Virus record (IMG/VR): IMGVR_UViG_3300035670_000636
Span: 1 to 37,759 of that record
Strand: one strand, 5' to 3'
DNA: 37,759 nt
Source of the DNA: a virus
Lineage: Duplodnaviria; Caudoviricetes
The translations under genes and the position numbers were made by a program. Every line of letters begins with the position of its first letter. Positions within the stretch are counted from its first letter, which is position 1. The notes under the pieces are model-generated. The model ran no database searches. It saw only the letters and a program-made list of their open reading frames with translations, and had not been told where the DNA came from. Below, piece after piece: positions 17,281-26,103 of this stretch.

Positions 17281-19334
17281 GCTTGCTTCTCCAGTTGTGA
17301 TCGGCCGGCGTCGGTAAGCACCACACGCAGGCCTTGGTTGCGATTGCTTTGGATGTAGGACTCCTCCTTGATCAAGCCTTGCGCTTGCATGTCGCGCAAG
17401 TGACCGAAGAACGCGCGACGGTCAAGGCGTGCTGGGAAGTCAGGATCGACGTGCAGCTGCTTGAACACGTTGTTGCGTGCGCTGATGTTCAAAGACAGAT
17501 TGATCGCCGCGTCATTCGCCTTCGCGAGCAGACGCAAGATCGCATCGCATTGTGATTGCCGCATCATCTTGGCCGCAAAGGCGCTGCCTGGGATCGTTCC
17601 AAACTGCTTGAACGTGCGACTGGCCGCATCGAATTCGAGCTCGATGGGGTTCTGCAGCGGGCCCAGGTTGCACTTCTCATGGCGCAGAACGACGGTCTGC
17701 TCCTCGCGGACCATCGCCCACCGCGACCTGGCGCTGTTGTTCCAGGCCGTGGATCCGCTAAATGTGGTGTTGCTGTCCAATCCTGCGCCCGATCGCACCG
17801 AAGCCTTGTCAACGTGCGCCAGCAGCAGCACCGCAGCCCCAGTCACATGCGCGATCAGGTTCAGCGCACGCATAAAGCCACGCACCGCGGTTCTGTCGTT
17901 TTCGTTGTCCGCGAAAACATCCGAGGCGTTATCGATCACGATCACCTGAGCCCGTGTCCGCACCGCGGTATCGGCCAGCCACTGCATCTGCTCGGTGACG
18001 TGGCCATCGCGCCACAGCACGCAATCAGCCTGCGTCAGGTCGTAGACCATCAGCCGATCGCGCAGCGAGCTAATCTCGAGCCCCACGTCGTTGCAGATGT
18101 TGGCAACCCTGAAGTGGACCGTGCGCGCCTCGTCCTCGCCTGAAAGCACCAGAACCTTGGAGCGTGCCGTGGCCAGGTTCATGAACGGCGCGCCCTGGGT
18201 GAGCGCCACGCCCAGCTGCAGCGAAAGGTTGGACTTGCCCACACCACCGTGCGCTGATAGCAGCGTCACCGTCCCCTCCGGCAGCCAGCCCTGCAAGCGC
18301 CAGGCGGTGGGCTCGGGCTCGACGTGCGCGAGCTCGGCCCAGTCCATGGGCTTGAGCTCACCCTCAGCCGGCTCGGGCTTGTCCTCGCTGACCTGCAGAT
18401 TGACCGTGATCTGCGGCGGCTTGCGGTTCTCTGGCGCGTACTTCTCAGCACTTGCTACCGCCCGCGGGATCTCGGCCCGGCGTGACTCCCACCGGCGCAG
18501 CTCATCGGCCTGGCGGACGTCGGGCTTGACCTGGTCCATCAATGAGTAAAGGAACTCAACGGCCGCACCGGGATACATGCCACCGCTGACCAGGCTCGCG
18601 GCCAGGCGGGTGATGTTCTCGTGATAGACGCGCTGCTCGACCGGTGCCGTGAGGCTGGTGATCATCTCGCCGGCATGCGTACCGGTCCCGGTGCCAGGGC
18701 TTGCCTTGGGCATCTGGCTGGTGATGCGTAGCGCATCGAGGTCGATGCCGACGCTGGCGCAGGCGTCCTCGAGTGACCAGCGGATGTTCGCGTGCCAGTG
18801 CTCGAGGATGACCGACCACTCGCCGGCGGCCCTGGGCTTGGTGTTCTTGCCGTTAGGCAGCCGCACGTAGCGCACGCAGTTGTTGCCTGACTTGTCGCTC
18901 TTGATGTAGCCCCTGGCGGCCATGGTCTGCATGACGGAATCCACCAGCGGCCGGTTGCGTGTGTCGGGGTCCGCAGCATCGAGCACGATCCCGATCTGGA
19001 AGTTGCCGGGGCTCGTTTGTATGGCATACGTGAAATTGCCTACATCGACCGGGTTGGCGTCGTCAAGTACCAAAACCCTAAGCTGGGCGAATGCTTCTTT
19101 CCGTCTTACCAGCTCCCCGTCCTCGGTAGCGTGCAAGACCGATGTGCAAAAGTAGGTGTTGTCTTGCGTGGTGCGATCAATCAGGGCTGCCTGGTTGGGG
19201 AGCCCTTTGTACGCACGGCCCGCCCACACCGATGGTGGGGCATTAGAGGGATCTGCGCGAAAAGAGCACACCCAGCCAAAAATTCCCGGCTCGAGGTCTT
19301 TGTAGATTTCCGCAAGGAAGTCGCTGTTGGTCAT
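17277..19334 (-). CDS. Primase-helicase (RepB-like AEP primase plus RepA/AAA_25 helicase)
   Basis: LVLDD, QTSPGNFQ and RYVRLP primase motifs; Walker A HGGVGKS, Walker B IVID, LAHVDK, SGSTAW; GGAGAG SD favours start 19334. Confidence 0.88.
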   Translation of the reverse strand: MTNSDFLAEIYKDLEPGIFGWVCSFRADPSNAPPSVWAGRAYKGLPNQAALIDRTTQDNTYFCTSVLHATEDGELVRRKEAFAQLRVLVLDDANPVDVGNFTYAIQTSPGNFQIGIVLDAADPDTRNRPLVDSVMQTMAARGYIKSDKSGNNCVRYVRLPNGKNTKPRAAGEWSVILEHWHANIRWSLEDACASVGIDLDALRITSQMPKASPGTGTGTHAGEMITSLTAPVEQRVYHENITRLAASLVSGGMYPGAAVEFLYSLMDQVKPDVRQADELRRWESRRAEIPRAVASAEKYAPENRKPPQITVNLQVSEDKPEPAEGELKPMDWAELAHVEPEPTAWRLQGWLPEGTVTLLSAHGGVGKSNLSLQLGVALTQGAPFMNLATARSKVLVLSGEDEARTVHFRVANICNDVGLEISSLRDRLMVYDLTQADCVLWRDGHVTEQMQWLADTAVRTRAQVIVIDNASDVFADNENDRTAVRGFMRALNLIAHVTGAAVLLLAHVDKASVRSGAGLDSNTTFSGSTAWNNSARSRWAMVREEQTVVLRHEKCNLGPLQNPIELEFDAASRTFKQFGTIPGSAFAAKMMRQSQCDAILRLLAKANDAAINLSLNISARNNVFKQLHVDPDFPARLDRRAFFGHLRDMQAQGLIKEESYIQSNRNQGLRVVLTDAGRSQLEKQA

Positions 19335-19357
19335 CGCCTGCTCTCCGATGACCATGC

Positions 19358-19600
19358 CTACACCTTAATCGCCGCCAGCTCCTTGAGGGTGATGCTCACG
19401 CGCTTGCGGCGTGCCATCTCGAGCAGTTGCGGCCAGTTCCGCTGCGGGATCACCCCGCCGGTGCCCTTGGGCTTGTCCTGGCACCAGCGCGAAAGCGTGG
19501 ACTTGTTGATCCCCAGGGCCTCGCAGACAGCGCCCTTTCCACCTAACTTCTCAATGACTGTGTAAGCGGGGTCCAACGTATGGATAGTGGGTATAGGCAT
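19358..19600 (-). CDS. Cro-like HTH regulator
   Basis: VIEKLGGKGAVCEALGINKSTLSRW...GTGGVIP; divergent from the repressor; AGGAG SD before ATG 19600. Confidence 0.8.
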   Translation of the reverse strand: MPIPTIHTLDPAYTVIEKLGGKGAVCEALGINKSTLSRWCQDKPKGTGGVIPQRNWPQLLEMARRKRVSITLKELAAIKV

Positions 19601-19620
19601 GATTTGACTTCTCCTAATGG

Positions 19621-19637
19621 GTTGCGATTGACTCATC
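19621..19637. promoter_or_regulatory. Putative 17-bp operator GTTGCGATTGACTCATC in the cro/repressor switch region
   Basis: Imperfect palindrome between divergent cro and cI-like genes; same motif recurs at other intergenic loci. Confidence 0.6.
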
Positions 19638-19681
19638 GTTCAGTTTATGACAGCCTCGCGGCCGACACCAAAGAGGCCCCC

Positions 19682-20266
19682 ATGAATACCGACTGGTTTC
19701 GTCAACTATTGGCTACTCGCAAGCTGTCGCAGCGTGGGCTTGCAAAGCTGATGGGGCTGGACCCGGCAGCAGTGTCGTTAATGCTGCGCGGCCAGAGGAG
19801 AATGACCCCCGCGGAGGCCCATCAGATGGGCACCATCTTAGGGGTTCCGATCACTGAAGTGCTGCGCCAGGCGGGCATCGAAGTGATCGATGACGTGAGG
19901 CGCGTTAAGGTCACCGGATACATTGATGAACAGGCCCTTGTCACGCTGTTTCCAAAGCGCACGCACGACAAGGTTGTAGGCCCCGCGGATTGCCCCGAGG
20001 GCACCTACGCGCTGCAGGTCCGAGCACCTGGCAACATCAAAGACGGCTGGATGCTGTTTGTGTCACCAAGCGAGGACGATCCTCGAGCTCACCTGGGCCG
20101 GTCGTGCTGTGTCGCGATCGAGAACGGCGAGCACCTGGTCGGCGTCGTGCAGCGTGGCTATCGCTCCGGCACGTTTAACCTGATCAGCTCGAGCAGCGGC
20201 CGCGCCCTGCGCACCGACGCGAGCGTGGTCTGGGCTTCACCCATCCTTTGGATCAAGCCCCAGTAG
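19682..20266 (+). CDS. CI-like repressor (XRE HTH plus S24-like C-terminal domain lacking obvious catalytic residues)
   Basis: HTH LSQRGLAKLMGLDPAAVSLMLRGQR; GAGG SD before ATG 19682; divergent from cro. Confidence 0.82.
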   Translation: MNTDWFRQLLATRKLSQRGLAKLMGLDPAAVSLMLRGQRRMTPAEAHQMGTILGVPITEVLRQAGIEVIDDVRRVKVTGYIDEQALVTLFPKRTHDKVVGPADCPEGTYALQVRAPGNIKDGWMLFVSPSEDDPRAHLGRSCCVAIENGEHLVGVVQRGYRSGTFNLISSSSGRALRTDASVVWASPILWIKPQ

Positions 20267-20285
20267 GGTAATAACCCTGCTTTTT
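20265..20285 (+). terminator. Possible terminator after the repressor gene
   Basis: AGGGT-AATA-ACCCT hairpin followed by GCTTTTT. Confidence 0.45.
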
Positions 20286-20297
20286 ACTCGGGTATAT

Positions 20298-20331
20298 GGT
20301 GTGATTTCCGCATCGTTGTGCTGCAATCAAC
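20298..20331. promoter_or_regulatory. Two abutting putative 17-bp operators upstream of the early rightward operon
   Basis: GGTGTGATTTCCGCATC (20298-20314) and GTTGTGCTGCAATCAAC (20315-20331). Confidence 0.5.
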
Positions 20332-20360
20332 ACACCTCAACACGAACAAGGAACTTGAAC

Positions 20361-20444
20361 ATGAAATCGAACGATGCAACTTTGATCCTGGGAGGCGCGC
20401 TGTTTGGCCTCATCTTCGCCGTGCTGGCCTGGGGGATGCTGTGA
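20361..20444 (+). CDS. 27-aa single-TM peptide
   Basis: AAGGA SD; MKSNDATLILGGALFGLIFAVLAWGML*; GTGA overlap with the next gene. Confidence 0.55.
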   Translation: MKSNDATLILGGALFGLIFAVLAWGML

Positions 20445-20902
20445 ACGACGATCTCCCGGAGCTCAGGCCCTACGTCGCAGGCGCTGACGTCATGGCCACC
20501 TGGCACCGCTGCACCGGCTGGATCCCTCCCAGCCGCGACCCCTTCTACATCGCCAAGTGGCTCAACTTTCAGATGGAGCTGCTGGACTCACGCCGGCGCG
20601 CTATCGAGGCGCAGTTCGCGCTCAATTTCATCAACGGAGGATTAACCCATGAAACAAGATCTCAACCCACCTATGGAGCGAGTAGTGCAGCCGTTCTTCT
20701 GGATCGGCAAAGTGCCCTACTTGCCCCACTACAGCAAGAAGCACCACTGGGTCAGCCCTGGCAAGGGACCGCAGACCATCAAAACCACCACCGAGCTGAT
20801 GGAGCTCGATGCGAAATTGGACATGACGCCCTTATGGCCGCGGCACTGGACGCAGTCGCTAGATCTGGCGCAGTAGGTGATGAACAAACCACAACACGAT
20901 AG
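20441..20902 (+). CDS. Phage hypothetical protein (3' part overlaps the next gene)
   Basis: GTG start coupled to upstream stop; DVMATWHRCTGWIPPS motif. Confidence 0.5.
   Translation: MNDDLPELRPYVAGADVMATWHRCTGWIPPSRDPFYIAKWLNFQMELLDSRRRAIEAQFALNFINGGLTHETRSQPTYGASSAAVLLDRQSALLAPLQQEAPLGQPWQGTADHQNHHRADGARCEIGHDALMAAALDAVARSGAVGDEQTTTR
20649..20876 (+). CDS. Phage hypothetical protein
   Basis: Strong GGAGG SD before ATG 20649; PYLPHYSK.HHWVSPG motif. Confidence 0.6.
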   Translation: MKQDLNPPMERVVQPFFWIGKVPYLPHYSKKHHWVSPGKGPQTIKTTTELMELDAKLDMTPLWPRHWTQSLDLAQ

Positions 20903-20914
20903 GAACACCACGAC

Positions 20915-21301
20915 ATGGAACTGATCGACCAGCTGACGCTGCAGTGGCAGGCCGCCAAGCAGCGCGAAACCGAGGCACGCGACGATCGCGTCACCATCGA
21001 GGAGAAGATCCTCGCCCTTTACCCGGCCAATGAGGAAGGCAGCAGCACGGTCCTCACGCCCGCCGGGACCAAGGTCCGGCTCACCGGCAAGCTGTCCTAC
21101 AAGTGCGACCTGATCGCGCTGCAGTCACTCACGCTTGACTGGCCCGAGGACGTGCGCCCAGTGCGCATGAAACTCGAGGCCGATGAAACCAAGCTGAAGG
21201 CCATCCGCCAGGAGTCGCCAAAGCTCTGGGCCACGATCGCCTCGGCCGTCACCACCAAGCCCGCCAAGACCGGCGTCACCATCGAATTCAAGGAGGCGTG
21301 A
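20915..21301 (+). CDS. Phage hypothetical protein of the recombination module
   Basis: AGGA SD; WQAAKQRETEARDDRVTIEEKI...TTKPAKTGVTIE; directly upstream of the Sak4-like gene. Confidence 0.7.
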   Translation: MELIDQLTLQWQAAKQRETEARDDRVTIEEKILALYPANEEGSSTVLTPAGTKVRLTGKLSYKCDLIALQSLTLDWPEDVRPVRMKLEADETKLKAIRQESPKLWATIASAVTTKPAKTGVTIEFKEA

Positions 21302-21302
21302 C

Positions 21303-22052
21303 ATGGCCTTTGATCTCTCATCAATTAGCAAGACCAAGCGCCTGCGTGCCCCCAAGGTGGTCGTTGTAGGCCCCGGCAAGATCGGCAAGACGACATTCGC
21401 TGCCAGCGCCCCCAACGCGGTGGGCATCTTGACTGAGGACGGTGCCGACGCGGTGGATGCGCAGGCGTTCCCCTTGGCCAGGACCCTCAGCGAGGTCTAC
21501 CAGGCGATCGGGACCCTGCTCGAGGAAAAGCATGACTTCCAGTCGGTGTTCCTGGACTCGCTCGATTGGCTCGAGCCCTTGGTTCATCAGCACGTCTGTG
21601 AGGCCAACAAATGGGCCAGCATCGAGTCGGCCGGCTACGGCAAGGGCTACATCGCGGCCGCGGAAGAGTGGCGCAACCTGCTGCAGGGTTTTGAGGCCTT
21701 GCGCCAGCGCCGCAACATGGCCGTGATTCTGATCGCGCACGACAAGATCAAGCGCTTTGAGTCACCGCTGCACGACGGCTATGACCAGTATGTCCTGAAG
21801 CTCCACGATCGCGCAGCTGCGCTGGTGATGGAGTGGGCTGACGTCATTGGCTGGGCCAACTACAAGATCACCACCGTTGAGTCTGACGCCGGCTACGGCA
21901 ACAAAGAGATCAAGGCGCGGACTACCGGCCAACGGATTCTTCACGTCGAACCGCACCCCGGCCACCCTGGCGGGAATCGTTTCGGCATGAAGAACATGCC
22001 TCTCAGCTGGGAGGCTTTTGCAGGGGCCCTGGCCTCAATTCACAACGCGTAA
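21303..22052 (+). CDS. Sak4-like AAA_24 ATPase / single-strand annealing protein
   Basis: Walker A GPGKIGKTT, LDSLDWLE, GYGKGY, LIAH motifs. Confidence 0.85.
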   Translation: MAFDLSSISKTKRLRAPKVVVVGPGKIGKTTFAASAPNAVGILTEDGADAVDAQAFPLARTLSEVYQAIGTLLEEKHDFQSVFLDSLDWLEPLVHQHVCEANKWASIESAGYGKGYIAAAEEWRNLLQGFEALRQRRNMAVILIAHDKIKRFESPLHDGYDQYVLKLHDRAAALVMEWADVIGWANYKITTVESDAGYGNKEIKARTTGQRILHVEPHPGHPGGNRFGMKNMPLSWEAFAGALASIHNA

Positions 22053-22065
22053 ACAAGGAACGCAA

Positions 22066-22539
22066 ATGGCAACACTTAACTTCAAAGCATCAGCAGTCGA
22101 AATCACCGATCGTAGCTATGACCCTCTCCCCGAGGGCGACTACGAAATGATGGTAGTCAAAAGCGCTAGCAAGGCGACCAGGGCCGGCAATGGCCACTAT
22201 CTCGAGCTCGAGATGCAGGTCATCAGCGGCAACTACTCCGGCCGCCGGCACTGGGAGCGTCTGAACCTGGACAACCCCAGCGAAAAGACCGTCAAGATTG
22301 CGCAGGAGCAGCTCGCCAAGCTGTGCATGGCGCTCGGCCTGGACGATGTCTCTGACTCCGAGGAGCTGCACGATCGCCCGTTCATTGCGGAGATCGGCAT
22401 CGATTCGAAGGACGCCAAGTCCAACCGGATCTATGACTACAAGTCGGCCGAGGGCGCAGCACCGGCCCCGGCTCCCGCAGTTGCGGCGAAGCCTGCCGCA
22501 GTTGCGGCACCGGCGAAGTCTGCACGTCCCTGGGGCTAG
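22066..22539 (+). CDS. DUF669-like single-stranded DNA-binding protein
   Basis: YDPLPEGDY, ERLNL, Ala/Pro tail ending in PWG; AAGGA SD before ATG 22066. Confidence 0.8.
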   Translation: MATLNFKASAVEITDRSYDPLPEGDYEMMVVKSASKATRAGNGHYLELEMQVISGNYSGRRHWERLNLDNPSEKTVKIAQEQLAKLCMALGLDDVSDSEELHDRPFIAEIGIDSKDAKSNRIYDYKSAEGAAPAPAPAVAAKPAAVAAPAKSARPWG

Positions 22540-22541
22540 TC

Positions 22542-23735
22542 ATGGCGGCCATCCCTGAGTCTCAGCACACAACCGCGCACGCGATCGTGCGCTGGTATGA
22601 GTCGAAACCCCAGGAGCACCGGCCGCACATGGGGGCCAGCATCATCGGCCACCCATGCAGCCGCTACGTGTGGCTGACCTGGCGCTGGGCGGTGACGCCC
22701 AAGTTCCCGGGCCGGGTCCTGCGTCTGTTTGATACCGGCAAGCGCGAGGAAGCCAGGCTGCTCGAGGAGCTCCGCGGCATCGGCGCGCAGGTCTGGGACA
22801 CCAACCCCGAGACGGGCGACCAGTGGCGCGTGGTGGCCTGCAACGGCCACTTCGGTGGCTCGCTCGATGGCGTCGCCAAGGGCCTGCCCGAGGCGCCCAA
22901 GACGCCGGCCGTGCTCGAGTTCAAGACCCACAACGCGAAGTCGTTCGCGGACCTAGTCAAGCACAAAGTGCAGACCAACAAGCCGCAGCACTTTGACCAG
23001 ATGCAGGTCTACATGGGCCTGATGGAGCTCGATCGCGCCCTGTACATGGCCGTCAACAAGGACACCGACGACGTCTATGTGGAGTGGGTGCACTTCGATA
23101 AGAACCACTTCGAGAACCTGATGCAGCACGCGCACGGGCTGATCCAGATGACCGAGCCCCCGGTCAAGATCAGCGAGGACCCGGCGAACTGGCAGTGCAA
23201 GGTCTGTACGCACTGGGACGTCTGCCACGGCGGGATCGCGGCCGAGGTCAACTGCAGGACCTGCGCGCACGCCTCACCTGGTGCGAATGGGTCATGGCAT
23301 TGCGATCGCCACAGCACCAACATCGATGACAAGACGCAGCGCGAAGGGTGCGCCGAGCACCTGTACATCCCTGCCCTGGTGCCCTACGCCGAGCCGGTGG
23401 ACGGTGGCCCCAACTGGGTCGCCTACAAGCACCGCGAGACGCAGCAAATGTTCACCAACGGCAGCGAGCTCATCAAGGACTACGGCCCGGTGTTCTCGAG
23501 CAAGGAGCTGCAGCACTGCCCGGCTGATCTGCTTGCCAACGCGGCCGACATCAAGGCCGTGTTCCCTGGTGCTCAGGTCCAGGCCGGTGGCCTCAAGGAG
23601 CAAGGCATCGCGGACATGGAGTGGAACACGCCCGAGGACCTGGACAAGGTCACCAAGCCGGCAACCAAGCGCGACAAGACGCAACGCGCAAAGATCGCTG
23701 AAAGCCTGCGCAACCTCGAGAGGCTCGCATCATGA
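22542..23735 (+). CDS. Cas4-like PD-(D/E)XK exonuclease with Cys clusters
   Basis: HMGASIIGHPCSR, GSLDG, LEFKT, QMQVYM, CKVC..C and CRTCAH. Confidence 0.85.
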   Translation: MAAIPESQHTTAHAIVRWYESKPQEHRPHMGASIIGHPCSRYVWLTWRWAVTPKFPGRVLRLFDTGKREEARLLEELRGIGAQVWDTNPETGDQWRVVACNGHFGGSLDGVAKGLPEAPKTPAVLEFKTHNAKSFADLVKHKVQTNKPQHFDQMQVYMGLMELDRALYMAVNKDTDDVYVEWVHFDKNHFENLMQHAHGLIQMTEPPVKISEDPANWQCKVCTHWDVCHGGIAAEVNCRTCAHASPGANGSWHCDRHSTNIDDKTQREGCAEHLYIPALVPYAEPVDGGPNWVAYKHRETQQMFTNGSELIKDYGPVFSSKELQHCPADLLANAADIKAVFPGAQVQAGGLKEQGIADMEWNTPEDLDKVTKPATKRDKTQRAKIAESLRNLERLAS

Positions 23736-23851
23736 AAGACGCCGCCTATATCGCTGCCTACATCGCCGCGTGGATGGTCGGGCTGATCGTGCTTGGCTTT
23801 GCGGCCAGGGTCATGTGGCTGTTCATCAAGATTGGTTGGGACGTCTTGTGA
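23732..23851 (+). CDS. 39-aa membrane peptide
   Basis: MKDAAYIAAYIAAWMVGLIVLGFAARVMWLFIKIGWDVL*; ATGA and GTGA overlaps on both sides. Confidence 0.6.
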   Translation: MKDAAYIAAYIAAWMVGLIVLGFAARVMWLFIKIGWDVL

Positions 23852-24351
23852 GTGCGCTGTATGACCGGGTCCTCAGACGGATTGAGGAGGTGGGCGAGTG
23901 CTACGAATGGACGGGAGCGTTTTCTGGCCGCGTGCCGGCGATCGTCTGGAAGGGCAAGACGCTGAACGTGCGCCGGGCCCTGGCTGATGACATGCGAGTG
24001 TCCAAGGCCATCGGTCGCGACAAAGTCGCGGCATCCCGTTGCGGGAACTGGCGCTGTGTTCGCCTCGAGCACATCCAAGTCATTACCCGCAAAGCATTGC
24101 AGCAGCGCACCGCCAAAAAGGCACCCCTGGCCGCTCGCATGGTTGGCCAGCGAAAGATCAGCAACAAGGCACGCCAGCGCGGCAAGTTGACGGTCGAGAT
24201 CGCAAGCGCGATCCGCGAGTCCACCGACACGCAGCGCGAGATCGCCAAGCGATACGGCGTCAGCCAGGCGACGGTCTACGCGATCCGCAAGGGCCTGACC
24301 TGGCGTCAGTACGGGTCGCCTTTTGAGCAATTAATTGGAGCAGTGACATGA
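23848..24351 (+). CDS. Degenerate HNH (His-Me finger) protein with C-terminal HTH
   Basis: GTG start; ECYEWTGA, RCGNWRCVRLEHI; HTH TQREIAKRYGVSQATVYAIRKGLTW. Confidence 0.7.
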   Translation: MSALYDRVLRRIEEVGECYEWTGAFSGRVPAIVWKGKTLNVRRALADDMRVSKAIGRDKVAASRCGNWRCVRLEHIQVITRKALQQRTAKKAPLAARMVGQRKISNKARQRGKLTVEIASAIRESTDTQREIAKRYGVSQATVYAIRKGLTWRQYGSPFEQLIGAVT

Positions 24352-24833
24352 ACGGATTCATTATCGGAGTGGACCCTGGCGCATCCGGGGCGGTGGCGAT
24401 CCTCGAGGGCGACACTGGGCAGCTGGTGCAGGTATTCGATATGCCCAGCGTCGAGGTGGTATCGGGCGGCAAGGCCAAGCGCCGGGTCGCGCCGGAGATG
24501 CTGGCCAGCGAGCTCAGGCTCTACAACGTCAGCGGCACCGTCGCGGTGGTCGAGCAGGTGGGTGCCATGCCTGGCCAAGGCGTCTCGAGCATGTTCGCCT
24601 TTGGGCAGGCCTACGGGCTCGTTTTAGGGGTCCTGGCAGGCCTCTGGATCCCAACCAGTACGGTTACCCCAACCGTCTGGAAAAAACGCCTACAGCTCAA
24701 TTCTGGCAAGGATGGCGCCAGGTTGAAGGCCTCCCAGCTCTGGCCGCAAAAGGCCAGCGAGTTCAAGCGCGTCAAAGACGACGGCCGGGCCGAGGCGGCG
24801 CTGATCGCTCACTGGAAACTTGTGTCGCAATAA
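24348..24833 (+). CDS. RuvC-like Holliday junction resolvase
   Basis: IIGVDPGASGAVA, VVEQV, QGVSSMFAFG, PTVWKK, DDGRAEAALIA. Confidence 0.85.
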   Translation: MNGFIIGVDPGASGAVAILEGDTGQLVQVFDMPSVEVVSGGKAKRRVAPEMLASELRLYNVSGTVAVVEQVGAMPGQGVSSMFAFGQAYGLVLGVLAGLWIPTSTVTPTVWKKRLQLNSGKDGARLKASQLWPQKASEFKRVKDDGRAEAALIAHWKLVSQ

Positions 24834-24838
24834 TCCGG

Positions 24839-24873
24839 TTGACGCTTGCTCTTTGCATTGCGATAATCTCATC
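24839..24873 (+). promoter_or_regulatory. Sigma70-type integrase promoter with an operator overlapping the -10 box
   Basis: TTGACG(24839-44)-N17-GATAAT(24862-67); operator ATTGCGATAATCTCATC at 24857-24873; AAGGAG SD downstream. Confidence 0.7.
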
Positions 24874-24895
24874 ACAACAAACAAGGAGTTGAGTC

Positions 24896-25852
24896 ATGGC
24901 AATCAAGAAACGCGGCGACGTCTACTGGATGGACGTCATGATCAACGGCACGCGCATCCGCGAGTCGCTCAAGACTGGCGATGAGAAGCAGGCCCAGGAG
25001 CTGCACGACATCCGCAAGGCCGAGCTCTGGCGCACCCGGCTGCTCAAGGAGCGTCCCAAGAAGACCTGGAACGACGCCACCAAGCGCTGGGTCCTTGAGC
25101 GCGGCCACAAGCGCAGCATCAGCGACGACAAGGACAAGATCCGCGTCCTCGAGCCGGTGCTGGGCAAGAAGCTGCTTGCAGACATCGATCGCGACACGAT
25201 CGAGGACTGCCTGCCCCAGGACGTCAAGCCGGCCACCCGCAACCGCTACCGGGCCCTGATCCGCGCCGTCCTGCGTGCGGCCGAGCGCGAGTGGGACTGG
25301 ATCGACCGCTCGCCTGCCCTGCGCATCGAGGCCGAGCCCAAGCGCCGCGTCGCGTTTTTGACACGCGATCAGGCTGACGTTTTGATTGCGTCGTTACCGG
25401 ACAAATACCGGTCGCCCGTCCGTTTCGCTTTGCTCACCGGGTTGCGCAAATCGAATGTCTTCGGTTTGTGCTGGGAGAACGTAAACCTTGCTCAAGGAAT
25501 GGTGATCGTTCACGCCGATGAGGCCAAGGCCGGCGAGCGCATCCTGGTCCCGCTCAATAGCCAGGCCAAGGCGATGCTCGAGGCGATCCCTGAGCCGCGC
25601 CAGGGCCTGGTATTCGGCAAGATCGAGCGGATCTCCCCCAGCGTCTGGGAGCGCGCCTGCAAGAACGCTGGCGTGCCCTGGCTGCGCTTCCATGACCTGC
25701 GCCATACCTGGGCCAGCTGGCACGCCATGGCCGGCACGCCGCTGTCAGTGCTGCAGGAGCTGGGCGGCTGGCACTCGGCCGAGATGGTCCGCAAGTACGC
25801 TCACCTGAGCCCTGAGCACCTGGCGGCCGCGGCCGAGAAAGTCACCCTGTAA
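24896..25852 (+). CDS. int: Tyrosine recombinase / phage integrase
   Basis: Catalytic TGLRKSN, FHDLRHTWAS, LGGWHS, RKYAHL; N-terminal arm-binding-like beta domain; adjacent att sites. Confidence 0.95.
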   Translation: MAIKKRGDVYWMDVMINGTRIRESLKTGDEKQAQELHDIRKAELWRTRLLKERPKKTWNDATKRWVLERGHKRSISDDKDKIRVLEPVLGKKLLADIDRDTIEDCLPQDVKPATRNRYRALIRAVLRAAEREWDWIDRSPALRIEAEPKRRVAFLTRDQADVLIASLPDKYRSPVRFALLTGLRKSNVFGLCWENVNLAQGMVIVHADEAKAGERILVPLNSQAKAMLEAIPEPRQGLVFGKIERISPSVWERACKNAGVPWLRFHDLRHTWASWHAMAGTPLSVLQELGGWHSAEMVRKYAHLSPEHLAAAAEKVTL

Positions 25853-25862
25853 CCGGATGCGT

Positions 25863-26085
25863 TGTCACGTTTTTGGCACAATCCGGGGCGACCAAGGCCA
25901 GGGTTGCGAGAGGGGATCTCGTAACCCATTGATTTGGCGGAAGGGGTGGGATTCGAACCCACGGTACAGCAATGCTGTACACCGGATTTCGAATCTGACC
26001 GGGCGAAAAAACCCTCCGAATATCAATGGGCCACCACGGGCTGTGCAGGGTTAATGGCACAGCTTTCGACACGTTTTTGACACAC
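25863..26085. other. attP1: arm sites, IHF site, tRNA-Ser core and triple arm sites
   Basis: Arm repeats TGTCACG 25863, TGGCACA 25874, then TGGCACA 26055, CGACACG 26067, TGACACA 26079; IHF consensus AATCAATGGGTTA on the minus strand at 25922-25934. Confidence 0.8.
25935..25995 (-). tRNA. 3' half of tRNA-Ser(CGA) (attP1 core; not a complete tRNA)
   Basis: Minus strand GATTCGAAATCCGGT-GTACAGCATTGCTGTAC-CGTGGGTTCGAATCCCACCCCTTCCGCCA: anticodon loop CGA, long variable arm, T-arm, G discriminator and CCA; D-arm and 5' acceptor strand absent. Confidence 0.85.
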
Positions 26086-26103
26086 TCATTGAGAGGAAGA
26101 TTT

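Noticed and set aside
22542-23735. CRISPR-Cas component (cas4)
   Set aside because: Stand-alone Cas4-like exonuclease in the usual Sak4-SSB-exonuclease recombination module; no array or other cas genes
23281-23847. N-terminal half of the 356-aa ORF 23281..24351
   Set aside because: Off-frame shadow of the exonuclease and membrane-peptide genes; the credible gene starts at GTG 23848
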